In this document: one piece after another, positions 17,856-26,730 of the stretch
How positions within the stretch are numbered: position 1 is the first letter of the stretch
Layout of the letters: every line of letters starts with the position of its first letter
Source of the DNA: Dehalococcoidia bacterium
GTDB taxonomy: Bacteria; Chloroflexota; Dehalococcoidia; Lucifugimonadales; Lucifugimonadaceae
Assembly (NCBI GenBank): GCA_965249505.1
Contig: OZ252238.1
Location: 2,011,273-2,075,272, forward strand
DNA length: 64,000 bases
Reading direction: 5' to 3'
Program-made: the position numbers and the translations under genes
Notes under the pieces: model-generated
The model's database searches: none
Seen by the model: only the letters and a program-made list of their open reading frames with translations
Told to the model about the DNA's origin: nothing

Positions 17856-18932
17856 TCAATTGACACCGTTAATTCGGTTGGGCGTGTAGTCCCAGTGCTC
17901 GGCAGCCCAGTCTTCAGCAGCTTTCGGCATCTCAAGCAGGTTTTCCAATTTCGTCTTGAGCGGGATGGCGCACTCAGGCGCTATCAACTGAACACCTGCA
18001 TCCAATGCACGCGTCACCTCGGCACGGACATCTTCTGGACCCTTCGAGTAGAGCGTTACCGGGTTGTTGATGTTGCCGACCAGCCTGATGCCATCGCCTA
18101 CAGCCTCCATCGACTCGGCCGGATCGTTCTTCGAATCGAAGTGGAAAGCCGATAGACCGGTCTGAGCTATGTAGGGCATTCGGTCGACCGTGGCCCCGCA
18201 TATATGAAGAATCAACGGAACCGGGAGCTCATCGATGAGCCCTTCGTGCAGCTCCATCAGGAAGCGCTTGTAGTATTCGCCACTCACCAAGTCGCCAGTC
18301 GCGTGGTCCGGCAGCGTCAACGCATCGGCACCGGCCTCTATCTGAGCCTGGCCGAACGCGATCGTGAACACCTTCAGCTTCTCAAGCATCTTCATCACAG
18401 CGCCAGGATCGTCGATCGTCTCCAACAGGAACGGCTCGACACCAAAGACGTGGTACGCGAGTGTCCACGGGCCCATCGTCTTACCGATGATCGCTACCTC
18501 GTCACCGAACTCCTGCTTGAGAATCCGAATCGACTCGATAATCGTCCAATTGTCCGGATGAGTAAGGAAGTTTTCCGGCATCTTCACGTCGTCCGCTGAC
18601 TTCCAGATCGGTTTCAACATCCTGACAGTAGGCCAGTTGTCTTTGCCCTCCCATTGCATCTCACAACCCAGCGCCGAAGACTCTTGGATGATTGTGAAGT
18701 AGGGCATTATGGCATCGAAGCCCAGCTGCGTGTACCCGGTGGCCGCAAGGCGAGCGTTCATCTCAGGGTCACGGTTGGCGTCCGGAAACGGTGCTTCAAC
18801 GAGGTCCATCAACTCCACCGTCGCCACATTGGTCGGGTTCGCAACCGGTGGACGATCCACCGGCTCGCCGGCCAACGCCCGCATCACCCGTTCTTTGGAT
18901 GTAAGTGTGCCGTTGTATTTATTGGAAGGCAT
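17856..18932 (-). CDS. URO-D-fold, MtaA/MtbA/CmuA-type Zn methyltransferase
   Basis: 358-aa ORF. The N-terminus is RVMRALAGEPVDRPPV, the MtaA type, not the HemE PxWxMRQAGR motif. Putative Zn ligands HxC (LILHICGAT) and a downstream Cys (IAPECAIP) are present. Confidence 0.75.
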   Translation of the reverse strand: MPSNKYNGTLTSKERVMRALAGEPVDRPPVANPTNVATVELMDLVEAPFPDANRDPEMNARLAATGYTQLGFDAIMPYFTIIQESSALGCEMQWEGKDNWPTVRMLKPIWKSADDVKMPENFLTHPDNWTIIESIRILKQEFGDEVAIIGKTMGPWTLAYHVFGVEPFLLETIDDPGAVMKMLEKLKVFTIAFGQAQIEAGADALTLPDHATGDLVSGEYYKRFLMELHEGLIDELPVPLILHICGATVDRMPYIAQTGLSAFHFDSKNDPAESMEAVGDGIRLVGNINNPVTLYSKGPEDVRAEVTRALDAGVQLIAPECAIPLKTKLENLLEMPKAAEDWAAEHWDYTPNRINGVN

Positions 18933-18983
18933 CTCTCCCTCCCTCTCGCCCTTGTTTGGACGCTTTGCCGATCATCGATCGGA

Positions 18984-19595
18984 TTACACGGATTGTGAAA
19001 AACCTAAGGTCTGCGTAGTCATCTGGCCCGCCAGTTCACTCGCCGCCAGCATGTCGTCGACTGCGCTCACGTTGCGGGCGTAGGACAGAAGTAGACGTGC
19101 GAAGCGGTCCAACCGTTCTCCACCCTTGAATCGGAAACGATCCCACTCAAGTCGCTCACAATCGCCATAGCGCATGTAGCCACCAACCACCGCTCGGATG
19201 CGCATCTCAGGCCGATCGAACTCGCCTTCAGCCGAAACCACGTAGATCCATCCTTCGTCGCCAGTATCCTCAGGTGTGACCGTGAACGTCAGTCGCGACT
19301 TTGTATCTCGGATCGAGATGGGGCCTTCGGGAATTGGATTGTTTCTTTCCACGGCCTCGGTAAAAGCGAACTTAAGGGCACGGTCATAGAGTTCGGATGA
19401 CATCACCTCCGCCTGGTTGTACGTACCTTCAACCGCATCAACGTCCGCCAGTCTGCACAACCGTTCTCTGATCGTCTCGATCCGTTCTTCACGACCCTCT
19501 GCTAGAGAAAACGTCCAGATCGTCAAAATGCGCTCTTTCAGGAAGAGCCCAACCGTGATGTCTTTGAAGTGTGGGTCGGCAGCAACCAACTCCAC
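18984..19595 (-). CDS. Hypothetical protein (203 aa), no family recognised
   Basis: Clean ORF on the operon strand between the two methyltransferase genes. Composition is protein-like, with no TM segment or signal peptide. Confidence 0.6.
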   Translation of the reverse strand: MELVAADPHFKDITVGLFLKERILTIWTFSLAEGREERIETIRERLCRLADVDAVEGTYNQAEVMSSELYDRALKFAFTEAVERNNPIPEGPISIRDTKSRLTFTVTPEDTGDEGWIYVVSAEGEFDRPEMRIRAVVGGYMRYGDCERLEWDRFRFKGGERLDRFARLLLSYARNVSAVDDMLAASELAGQMTTQTLGFSQSV

Positions 19596-19707
19596 GCAGC
19601 GACCCAGCGAGTGCAGAGGGCTTGCAATGACGTTATCGCGAACTATTCCGCTTGAGTAAGAAACTGTTACTGCCTCTGCAATTCAGATGATCTGTGCTCG
19701 TGAAGGT

Positions 19708-20604
19708 TCACTTAACCGCTTCTGCCAACTGCCGTATGTGTTCCGGTGTCGTGCCGCAGCACCCGCCCAAGATGTTGACCGGAATCTCAGCCAAAAGCTT
19801 ATAGCGCTCAACCATATACTCAGGCGTCTCCGGATAAATGATCTCACCGGCTTTATAAACGGGTATGCCCGCATTCGATTGGATGACCAGATACTTGTCG
19901 GTCACATCCCGCATCGCGGTCGCGATCTCGACCATCTTGTCGATGCCATTTCCACAGTTGGAGCCGACTACATCAGCACCCGCAGCCTCGAGGCCTTCAA
20001 CGGCTTGCTCGGGAGATGTGCCCCACATGGTAAAGAACCCTCTTGGCCCTTTGTCAAACACCATAGTCGACATCACAACCAGGTCGGTATTATCGCGAGC
20101 CGCCTTGATAGCGATCTGCGCCTCATCCAACACCATCTGAGTCTCGATCATCACAGCATCCGCTCCGCCGGCCTCCAAAGCAGTTATCTGCTCGGCAAAG
20201 CTGTCGTACATCGCGCTCTCGCTCAGCAACCCAAGTGGTTCAATGAACTCACCGGTCGGCCCCACCGATCCTGCGACGAATTGACCAGGTCCAGCCTGTG
20301 ACTTTGCGTGCTCAGCTGCCAACTCGTTGAGTTCGGTAACCCGATCGGCCGCGTCGTAGTGCTGCAACCTGTGCTTCGTGCCGCCGAACGAATTCGTCAG
20401 CACAATGTCCGATCCGGCATCGAAATATGCCTTCGCCTTGCCCCGGATCACTTCAGGCGCATCAGCATTCATCAGCTCAGGGCACCCCCCAGGCTCCAAA
20501 CCGTGCTGCTGCAGATATGTGCCCGTCGCACCGTCGAAAATCAGCTGCTCAGTCTCGAGGCGCCGAAGTATCTCATGCTTAGTTACGGTTGTGCTCTCTG
20601 TCAT
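19708..20604 (-). CDS. Homocysteine S-methyltransferase domain protein (stand-alone MetH/BHMT-type Hcy-binding module)
   Basis: 298-aa ORF with LIFDGATGTYLQ and TNSFGG. The Zn-thiolate triad positions are VGSNCGNG and ILGGCCGTTPEHI. Its length covers only the Hcy barrel. Confidence 0.85.
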   Translation of the reverse strand: MTESTTVTKHEILRRLETEQLIFDGATGTYLQQHGLEPGGCPELMNADAPEVIRGKAKAYFDAGSDIVLTNSFGGTKHRLQHYDAADRVTELNELAAEHAKSQAGPGQFVAGSVGPTGEFIEPLGLLSESAMYDSFAEQITALEAGGADAVMIETQMVLDEAQIAIKAARDNTDLVVMSTMVFDKGPRGFFTMWGTSPEQAVEGLEAAGADVVGSNCGNGIDKMVEIATAMRDVTDKYLVIQSNAGIPVYKAGEIIYPETPEYMVERYKLLAEIPVNILGGCCGTTPEHIRQLAEAVK

Positions 20605-20608
20605 GTGC

Positions 20609-20950
20609 TTATTTTATCCACCCATCGATCGCGCCTGGACTCTCGTCACGGTCACCCGCATTGTGCAAATCTCGTATTCGAGCCACAAAATCGCCAGGCA
20701 TTCCCTGGTTTATCCGGTCCGCACTTGCCTGAGCAGCTCCATCGGCGTCGAATTCGCTATCGATGTGATCACCCCACTGCCAAGCGTCGAGATACGCATC
20801 GGACCCGTACGATCCGTCGAACATAGCGATTGCATCCGCAGCCTCTTGGAAGCGGTGATCCAGCGGAACCGACATCTTGCCGTTCCCGTCTTCTGCTTCA
20901 ACCTGAACGGGTATCTCTTTCCAGTAAAGAATTCGGAATACGGAAGGCAT
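20609..20950 (-). CDS. Small conserved-looking hypothetical protein (113 aa), first gene of the operon
   Basis: It starts FRILYWKEIPVQVEAEDGNG..VPLDHRFQEAADAIAM...SDAYLDAWQWG. I believe this resembles the short 'virulence factor' Pfam family that co-occurs with B12-binding and S-methyltransferase modules, but I cannot verify that here. Its stop lies 4 nt before the Hcy-methyltransferase start. Confidence 0.5.
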   Translation of the reverse strand: MPSVFRILYWKEIPVQVEAEDGNGKMSVPLDHRFQEAADAIAMFDGSYGSDAYLDAWQWGDHIDSEFDADGAAQASADRINQGMPGDFVARIRDLHNAGDRDESPGAIDGWIK

Positions 20951-21139
20951 GAATCCTGCTCTCTGTTTGGCTTGTCTAAACCTTATTGGAACGCACGGAT
21001 TGAAGCAATTCTAAGAGGCATCAAAGCATTCATCCAACAGGAACATCTCCCAGATCGTCTTGTCGGTTTCAGCCTACCTGTTGGTTCGCAAAAGCAGTTT
21101 GACACTATGTGCTAACGCGTCTAGACTTATGCGAGTTTC

Positions 21140-23446
21140 GTGCTCGAACGAGCATGTAGGGGCGTGTACGCGGTTTTACGTTTGCCTGCCCCGAATTCGG
21201 AGAAGTATGGCCATGAGCAATACGCTCCGAAAACGAAGAATGTCAAGTACGCATGGAGGTGTGTGTTGATATCACTAACTAGCAGGAAATGGCTCCTCGC
21301 CGGTGCCATGGCCGTAGCCGCAGCGGCGGTTTGGGCGTGTGGTGGCGAGACGGTTATCCAAACCGTCGAAGTCGTCAGAGAAGTCCAAGTCCAGGGCGAG
21401 ACGGTTATCCAAACCGTCGAGGTCGAGAAGGTGGTTGAGGTGGAGAAGCAGGTGGTTTCGACCGTCGTGGTTGAGAGGGAAGTCCAAGTCGCAGGCGAAA
21501 CCGTCGTTCAGACCGTCGTCGTCGAGAAGGAAGTCCAAATAGCAGGCGAGACTGTCGTCCAGACTGTCGTCGTCGAGAGGGAAGTCGAAGTCGCAGGCGA
21601 GACCGTCGTTCAGACTGTCGTCGTCGAGAAGATCGTTGAAGTCGCTCCCGCGACCGCAACTGCCGCTCCGATCCTTACCGGCACGATCGGCGCTCCGGAT
21701 CCCAAGACAGAAGCCGGCGTTGCCGTCCTCGGATTTGCAGAGATCGGCCGCGAAAACGGCAGAAACGCCAACCAGGCGAGCGATGCGCTCAAGAACTACG
21801 GTGTAGCCGAAACGTTGTTCCGACGTGGACCGTCAGATGAGACTGTTCCGTGGGTAGCCACCTCGTGGACGATATCCGACGACCTCACCACTGGCAGCGT
21901 AACCATTCAAGACGGCATCGAATTCCGCACCAAGGACAAGTCTTACGGCCCACTGACGGCCGAAGACGTTGCTTGGAGCATGAACGACTCCAACAACGCC
22001 GTCAACCCGACATCGATCCATGGCCAAGCAGGTGACTTTGCTGGTCTGTGGGGCGAGTGGATCGCCGTTGACGAGTCGACTGTCGAGTGGCAATTCGCCA
22101 TCAAGGCAGACGGCACTCCAGCGTTCGATGGAACCTGGAAAGACGACTACGTCAACCAGTCCGGCCAGGCATTCGGGGTCCTCTCAAAGGCCGCTTTCGA
22201 GCAAGAGGGTGCTGACTTTGTTTCTGCGACCATCGTCGCAAGCGGTGTGTATCTCGTCGACGAATGGATAAGCGATGACCGAATTGTCCTGATCGAAGAC
22301 CCAAACCACTGGAACTTCGACGCAAAGACGTCAACCGTCATGTTGGTGCAAGCAGGCGACCCGACTAACCGAGCGACATTGCTTCGCACAGGTCAGATCG
22401 ATACCGCTCAATTGGAGCCGAAAGACGCTGCTGAGTTGATCGTTGACTCGAGCAACTGGGGCCAGTCTGGCACCGGCGGCGCAGTCCAACTCGGAGTGTT
22501 CTTCTCTGGCAACCTCTGGGAAACAACGGACGCCAAGACAGGCGATCCCTTGCCACCCAAAGGCCCGTTTGTCCACGACCACGCATGGATCGGCAACTCT
22601 GACAGTGCAAGTCACGGCGCAGACGACATGGAGCAGGCCCGAAACGTTCGCTATGCAATGGCTATCGCGATAGACCGAGCTGCTGTCAACGAAGCACTCC
22701 TCGCAGGACTCGGCAACGTGGTCCAAATCGAGTACTTTGCAGCGGGGCACCCCAACTACGGTCAAGTCCAGTGCACTCAGGAGGGCGGCGCAGCATTCAC
22801 CGATGAAGCGCCTTCTGGAACCGGACCATGCACTTACGCTTATGACCCAGTTCAAGCCGTTCAAATATTGAAGGCCCAAGATCCTGACTGGCGAAAAACT
22901 AACGTCCAGTCGGACATCCTGGGCGACCACAGATTCGAAGTCTCGGTCTATGCCGGACCAGAACTCGGCGGCGGCGCATCTGTTACTGGACAGGTGGCAG
23001 ACGCAGTTGCCGGTTACTGGGCAGACATCGGACTCTCGACCTTCTCACTCAAGTTCACATACGTGACGTTCCGACCCACAGTTGTGAACCGAGCAAACGT
23101 GCACCCGTGGATCACCTCGTGTGACAAGGGTCGAGAATCGAACCCGTGGCACTTCCCCAAGGGTCTTGTACAGACGTCCCTGACCCGCGGTGGTTTCGCA
23201 TGCGGATTTGAATCGCCGAAGATTCTGGAGCTTTACCAGGGTATGGCGACCGCAGCTGACACCGCAGAGGCAACTGACTTCGCGAACCGTTACCTGCAAT
23301 ACGTCTACTACTGGAACTTGCAGCCAGGTGTCGTAGCAGTCCCGCAGGACTGGTTCTGGAACCGCAACAAGATCGCCGCCTGGCCTCAGGACCGAGCGGC
23401 TGCCAGCGGCATCAACAACCTCTGGGACATCGAACTCTCCCAGTAA
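21140..23446 (+). CDS. ABC transporter substrate-binding protein, family 5 (peptide/nickel/opine type), with an N-terminal repeat stalk
   Basis: 768-aa maximal ORF. The likely start is GTG/TTG at 21263-21266, just after GGAGG (21256..21260), giving a signal peptide that ends AAVWAC. About 100 aa of GETVxQTVxVEKEV repeats follow, then an SBP_bac_5-like body (WVATSWTISDD, IVLIEDPNHW). Confidence 0.8.
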   Translation: MLERACRGVYAVLRLPAPNSEKYGHEQYAPKTKNVKYAWRCVLISLTSRKWLLAGAMAVAAAAVWACGGETVIQTVEVVREVQVQGETVIQTVEVEKVVEVEKQVVSTVVVEREVQVAGETVVQTVVVEKEVQIAGETVVQTVVVEREVEVAGETVVQTVVVEKIVEVAPATATAAPILTGTIGAPDPKTEAGVAVLGFAEIGRENGRNANQASDALKNYGVAETLFRRGPSDETVPWVATSWTISDDLTTGSVTIQDGIEFRTKDKSYGPLTAEDVAWSMNDSNNAVNPTSIHGQAGDFAGLWGEWIAVDESTVEWQFAIKADGTPAFDGTWKDDYVNQSGQAFGVLSKAAFEQEGADFVSATIVASGVYLVDEWISDDRIVLIEDPNHWNFDAKTSTVMLVQAGDPTNRATLLRTGQIDTAQLEPKDAAELIVDSSNWGQSGTGGAVQLGVFFSGNLWETTDAKTGDPLPPKGPFVHDHAWIGNSDSASHGADDMEQARNVRYAMAIAIDRAAVNEALLAGLGNVVQIEYFAAGHPNYGQVQCTQEGGAAFTDEAPSGTGPCTYAYDPVQAVQILKAQDPDWRKTNVQSDILGDHRFEVSVYAGPELGGGASVTGQVADAVAGYWADIGLSTFSLKFTYVTFRPTVVNRANVHPWITSCDKGRESNPWHFPKGLVQTSLTRGGFACGFESPKILELYQGMATAADTAEATDFANRYLQYVYYWNLQPGVVAVPQDWFWNRNKIAAWPQDRAAASGINNLWDIELSQ
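21344..21646 (+). repeat. In-frame 51-bp (17-codon) tandem repeat encoding the SBP stalk
   Basis: Units begin with ggcga(g/a)ac at 21344, 21395, 21494, 21545 and 21596. The last three are contiguous exact-length 51-nt units. The second unit is expanded to ~99 nt. Confidence 0.9.
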
Positions 23447-23464
23447 CAAGGCACTGAGTTTGAA

Positions 23465-23500
23465 CCCGCCGACGCGCCGTTTCCGCGGCGCGTCGGCGGG
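23465..23500 (+). terminator. Strong GC-rich hairpin between the SBP gene and the permease genes (intra-operon attenuator or terminator)
   Basis: cccgccgacgcgccg-tttccg-cggcgcgtcggcggg forms a 15-bp perfect stem 19 nt after the SBP stop. It is flanked on both sides by gagtttga. There is only a weak T-tract. Confidence 0.6.
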
Positions 23501-23652
23501 AGTTTGATCGTCAGGTGTTAGCTCTGGACATCGGTTATCCGATGTCACTTGCTCAACGACGTGCTCTCAAGGGGCGTGCCATTGGACAGCGCGTCTCCGG
23601 CATCGCAAGGATGCCGCTATAATTCCCTTCGTCATCAATTGACGGTTCTGTC

Positions 23653-24588
23653 ATGAGACGATTCCTCATACGAAGATTCTTCTTCGCCATTATCAGCACC
23701 CTCGCCGCCACGGCCATGGTTTTCGCTCTTTCGCGAGCCGGTGGCGATCCGCTGCTTTTGTTCGCCACATCGGGTTACGGATTGACTGAAGAAGCTGTCG
23801 AAGCAGTCCGAAAAGAGCTCGGGTTGGATAAGTCTTACCCGGTGCAGTACATCAGCTGGATAAGTCGGATTGTGAGAGGGGATTTCGGCAAAACCCTCAT
23901 CTTCAGAGATTCGGTTGCTAAGGTGATCGTGGACAAAATCCCGGAGAGCCTACAACTCGGTGCGCTCGCTTGGTTCTTCACGACATTCATAGGTGTGCCA
24001 CTAGGAGTTCTATCGGCCGTTAAGCGTGGAACAATGCAGGACTACTTCGGGCGATTCGTGGCACTAATCGGACAGTCCGTGCCAGTGTTTTGGTTCGGGA
24101 TTGTTCTAATCATGGTGTTCGCCGTTTATCTTGACTGGTTGCCGGCCGGCCGAATCGGCAAATCATTGTGGGACATGAAATATCTCGTCCTGCCCGTGAT
24201 CGCCATGACCGCTGGAGGATTGGCGGGATACCTGCGCCTTACGCGGTCGGCAATGCTAGAAGTGCTCGATTCGGAGTACGTCAAACTTGCTCGAGCGAAG
24301 GGTGTTTCATCGGCGGAGCTCATATGGAAACACGCATTCCGAAATGCTCTTATTCAACCATTGACTGCCTCGACGTTGGTCTTCGCCGGATTCATCGAAG
24401 GCGCACTCGTCGTCGAAACCGTCTTCTCACGACCCGGTATCGGCTCTGAGGCAATCCAAGCCGTCAACAATAAAGACTTTCCTCTGTTACAAGGCTTGGT
24501 ATTGATGTTCATACTCGTATATGTCATCGCAACATTCATCACCGATGTTCTTTACGCAGTGATCGACCCTCGTATTCGTTACGACTGA
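23653..24588 (+). CDS. ABC transporter permease (DppB/OppB-like)
   Basis: 311-aa ORF. The N-terminal RRFFFAIISTL... and the EAA-type loop region YVKLARAKGVS..IWKHAFRNA are typical of the BPD_transp_1 family. Confidence 0.9.
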   Translation: MRRFLIRRFFFAIISTLAATAMVFALSRAGGDPLLLFATSGYGLTEEAVEAVRKELGLDKSYPVQYISWISRIVRGDFGKTLIFRDSVAKVIVDKIPESLQLGALAWFFTTFIGVPLGVLSAVKRGTMQDYFGRFVALIGQSVPVFWFGIVLIMVFAVYLDWLPAGRIGKSLWDMKYLVLPVIAMTAGGLAGYLRLTRSAMLEVLDSEYVKLARAKGVSSAELIWKHAFRNALIQPLTASTLVFAGFIEGALVVETVFSRPGIGSEAIQAVNNKDFPLLQGLVLMFILVYVIATFITDVLYAVIDPRIRYD

Positions 24589-24622
24589 TCATTTTTCGAG
24601 CAGTGCAGCACAGATAACACTG

Positions 24623-25678
24623 ATGGCAAGCGAACCAACACTACAACGCGTGGGCGCCACTGGGGACGTACAAACGTCTGCTAGGAGCGCGCCCTCGGCA
24701 GGTCTCCGTGCGGTGCGTCGTCCGATATGGTCGCAGGCCTGGTACCTGCTTCGTCGGTGGCCGATCATCCCGTTGATCATCTTGGCAACTATTACGTTCG
24801 TTGCGTTATTTGCCAACTGGGTGGCACCGGTCGACCCGAATTTCCAAAAGACAGACTTCGTTAAATTCCCACCCACGTGGGGACAATATCGCCCTGAAAA
24901 CGACGTGATGGCCGAACTTCAGCGAACCGTCGATCTCAGCACTCCCGAAGGTAAAGTCGCGTACAACATCGTCTCTAAGTCAGCCTTCAAGCAGAGCGAA
25001 TACATCCTCGGCAGCGACGGCCTAGGCAGAGACATACTTTCCCGCCTGATCCACGGCGCCCGCGTATCGCTCAAGGTAACCGGCTACGCTCTTCTAACCG
25101 GCGTAATCGTCGGCACTGCCATGGGCGTCCTAGGCGGCTACTACGGAGGTTGGATCGACGAAGTACTCATGCGCACCGTCGACGTCTGGAACGCGCTCCC
25201 ATTCCTCTTAGTCGCTCTAATAGTCGCTCTGACCCTGGGTGCCACCGAAACCACCGTCATCATCTTGATAGCAATGATCGCCTGGCCACCATTCGTGCGT
25301 CAAATTCGAGCCGATGTGCTCCGAATCAGGGGCATGGACTACGTCAACGCCGCGCGAATCATGGGCGCCAGCAACCTCCGTCTCATGCTGAGGCACATTG
25401 TGCCCGGCACCATAAGCACCATCTTGGTTGTCGCCACGTTGAGAGTCGGGGGCCTGATACTCGCAGAATCCACCCTCTCGTTCCTCGGAGTCGGCATCCC
25501 TGACCCCATCCCCACGTGGGGCAAGATGGTTGACGAAGGCTACGACTTCCTCATCAACGGTGTATGGTGGTCTTCATTCTTCCCCGGACTCGCTATCTTC
25601 CTCCTAGTCATGTCACTCAACTTCTTCGGTGACTGGCTCCGCGACCGTTTCGATCCGAGACTGAGCCAACTCGACTAA
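24623..25678 (+). CDS. ABC transporter permease (DppC/OppC-like) with an N-terminal extension
   Basis: 351-aa ORF with GSDGLGRDILSRLIHGAR and the EAA loop YVNAARIMGASNLRLMLRHIVP. Confidence 0.9.
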   Translation: MASEPTLQRVGATGDVQTSARSAPSAGLRAVRRPIWSQAWYLLRRWPIIPLIILATITFVALFANWVAPVDPNFQKTDFVKFPPTWGQYRPENDVMAELQRTVDLSTPEGKVAYNIVSKSAFKQSEYILGSDGLGRDILSRLIHGARVSLKVTGYALLTGVIVGTAMGVLGGYYGGWIDEVLMRTVDVWNALPFLLVALIVALTLGATETTVIILIAMIAWPPFVRQIRADVLRIRGMDYVNAARIMGASNLRLMLRHIVPGTISTILVVATLRVGGLILAESTLSFLGVGIPDPIPTWGKMVDEGYDFLINGVWWSSFFPGLAIFLLVMSLNFFGDWLRDRFDPRLSQLD

Positions 25679-25826
25679 AGCGACCCTCGAAGTCGCATCC
25701 CCGAGTCCGATACGCGCCGAGCTTTTTCGACGCGCTGATATACTTTTGCCGTTCATATTCAACTGCATTTTGGCTGCGAAACACCAGCCATTCACAAGCC
25801 AATCGAAACGGAATAGGTGACCGGCA

Positions 25827-26693
25827 ATGACTGTAGGATTCATCGGACTCGGGAACATGGGGCAGGGCATGGCAGACAACCTGCTCGCCAAAGGCGCAGA
25901 GCCCGTCGTCTTCACACGCACCGCCTCAAAAATCGAGGCCATGGCGGATCGCGGGGCAATTCCAGCGAGCTCCTCCGCCGATCTGACCTCACGAGTGGAT
26001 GTTGTCCTAGCTTGCCTGCCAAGCGTCCAGCACTCTCTCGATATCATCACCGGTGAAATCATTCCGGCAGCAAAACCCGGCCAAGTCATCGTCGATCACA
26101 GCACAGTCGACATCGGCACGTCAAGGAAGTGCGCCGAAGCGGCAGAGTCCGTCGGCGCGATTTTCATCGATGCGCCCATCAGCGGAGGCCCTGGCGGCGC
26201 TGCAGACGGCACTCTGTCGATCATGTGCGGAGGATCCGCCGAAGCCTTCGAAAAAGCTCTGCCGTACTTCGACCTGATGGGCGCGAACGTAGTGCACATG
26301 GGTCCCAACGGCGCTGGAACCGCCATGAAGCTAATCAACCAGCTCCTAGTTGGCGTCCACACCGCAGCCGCTGCCGAGGCATTTGCATTGGCCAACTCCG
26401 CCGGAGTCGACATCCTAGCCGCTGCCGGTCTGCTTGGGGTCTCCTGGGGCGGAAGCACAATGGTCGGACGCAGCGCACCCATCACTGCCGATCGAGATTT
26501 CGAAAACTCGGCCGCGCCTGTTCGCAACCTCGACAAAGACTTGGGCATCATTCGCGATCTGGCCCAAGCTGAGGGCCTCTCGCTGGAACTGGCCCTGAAG
26601 TCGCAGGAGCTCTTCCACCAGATGATGGATGACGATCAGGGCGAAAACGACATCGCCGGAGTGCTCGAAATAATCGAATCGCGCTCCTCTTAA
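25827..26693 (+). CDS. NAD(P)-dependent 3-hydroxyisobutyrate / beta-hydroxyacid dehydrogenase family oxidoreductase
   Basis: 288-aa ORF with VGFIGLGNMGQGMA, DAPISGG and GAGTAMKLINQ motifs. Confidence 0.85.
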   Translation: MTVGFIGLGNMGQGMADNLLAKGAEPVVFTRTASKIEAMADRGAIPASSSADLTSRVDVVLACLPSVQHSLDIITGEIIPAAKPGQVIVDHSTVDIGTSRKCAEAAESVGAIFIDAPISGGPGGAADGTLSIMCGGSAEAFEKALPYFDLMGANVVHMGPNGAGTAMKLINQLLVGVHTAAAAEAFALANSAGVDILAAAGLLGVSWGGSTMVGRSAPITADRDFENSAAPVRNLDKDLGIIRDLAQAEGLSLELALKSQELFHQMMDDDQGENDIAGVLEIIESRSS

Positions 26694-26730
26694 ACTCTCA
26701 GCCAACCCAACAGCGATTCTTTGCCATGAG

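Noticed and set aside
17856-18932. Reading the URO-D-fold gene as hemE (uroporphyrinogen decarboxylase)
   Set aside because: It lacks the N-terminal PxWxMRQAGR-type motif. It has MtaA-type HxC...C Zn ligands and sits in a corrinoid-protein and RACo operon.
20951-21139. Cobalamin or SAM riboswitch upstream of the corrinoid methyltransferase operon
   Set aside because: I looked on the minus strand for a B12-box-like GCCACTG core or SAM-I/II signatures and found none. The only structure is an 8-bp inverted repeat (ccaacagg...cctgttgg) with a ~35-nt loop. A covariance-model scan (Rfam RF00174, RF00162, RF00521) would be decisive.
22331-22930. 199-aa minus-strand ORF, plus several 60-100-aa ORFs inside the SBP gene
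   Set aside because: These are shadow ORFs inside a well-supported family-5 SBP coding region.
25679-25760. Terminator after the second permease gene
   Set aside because: There are only short 5-bp stems (gcgac...gtcgc; gcgc..gcgc) and a single short T-run. This is too weak to call without folding energies.
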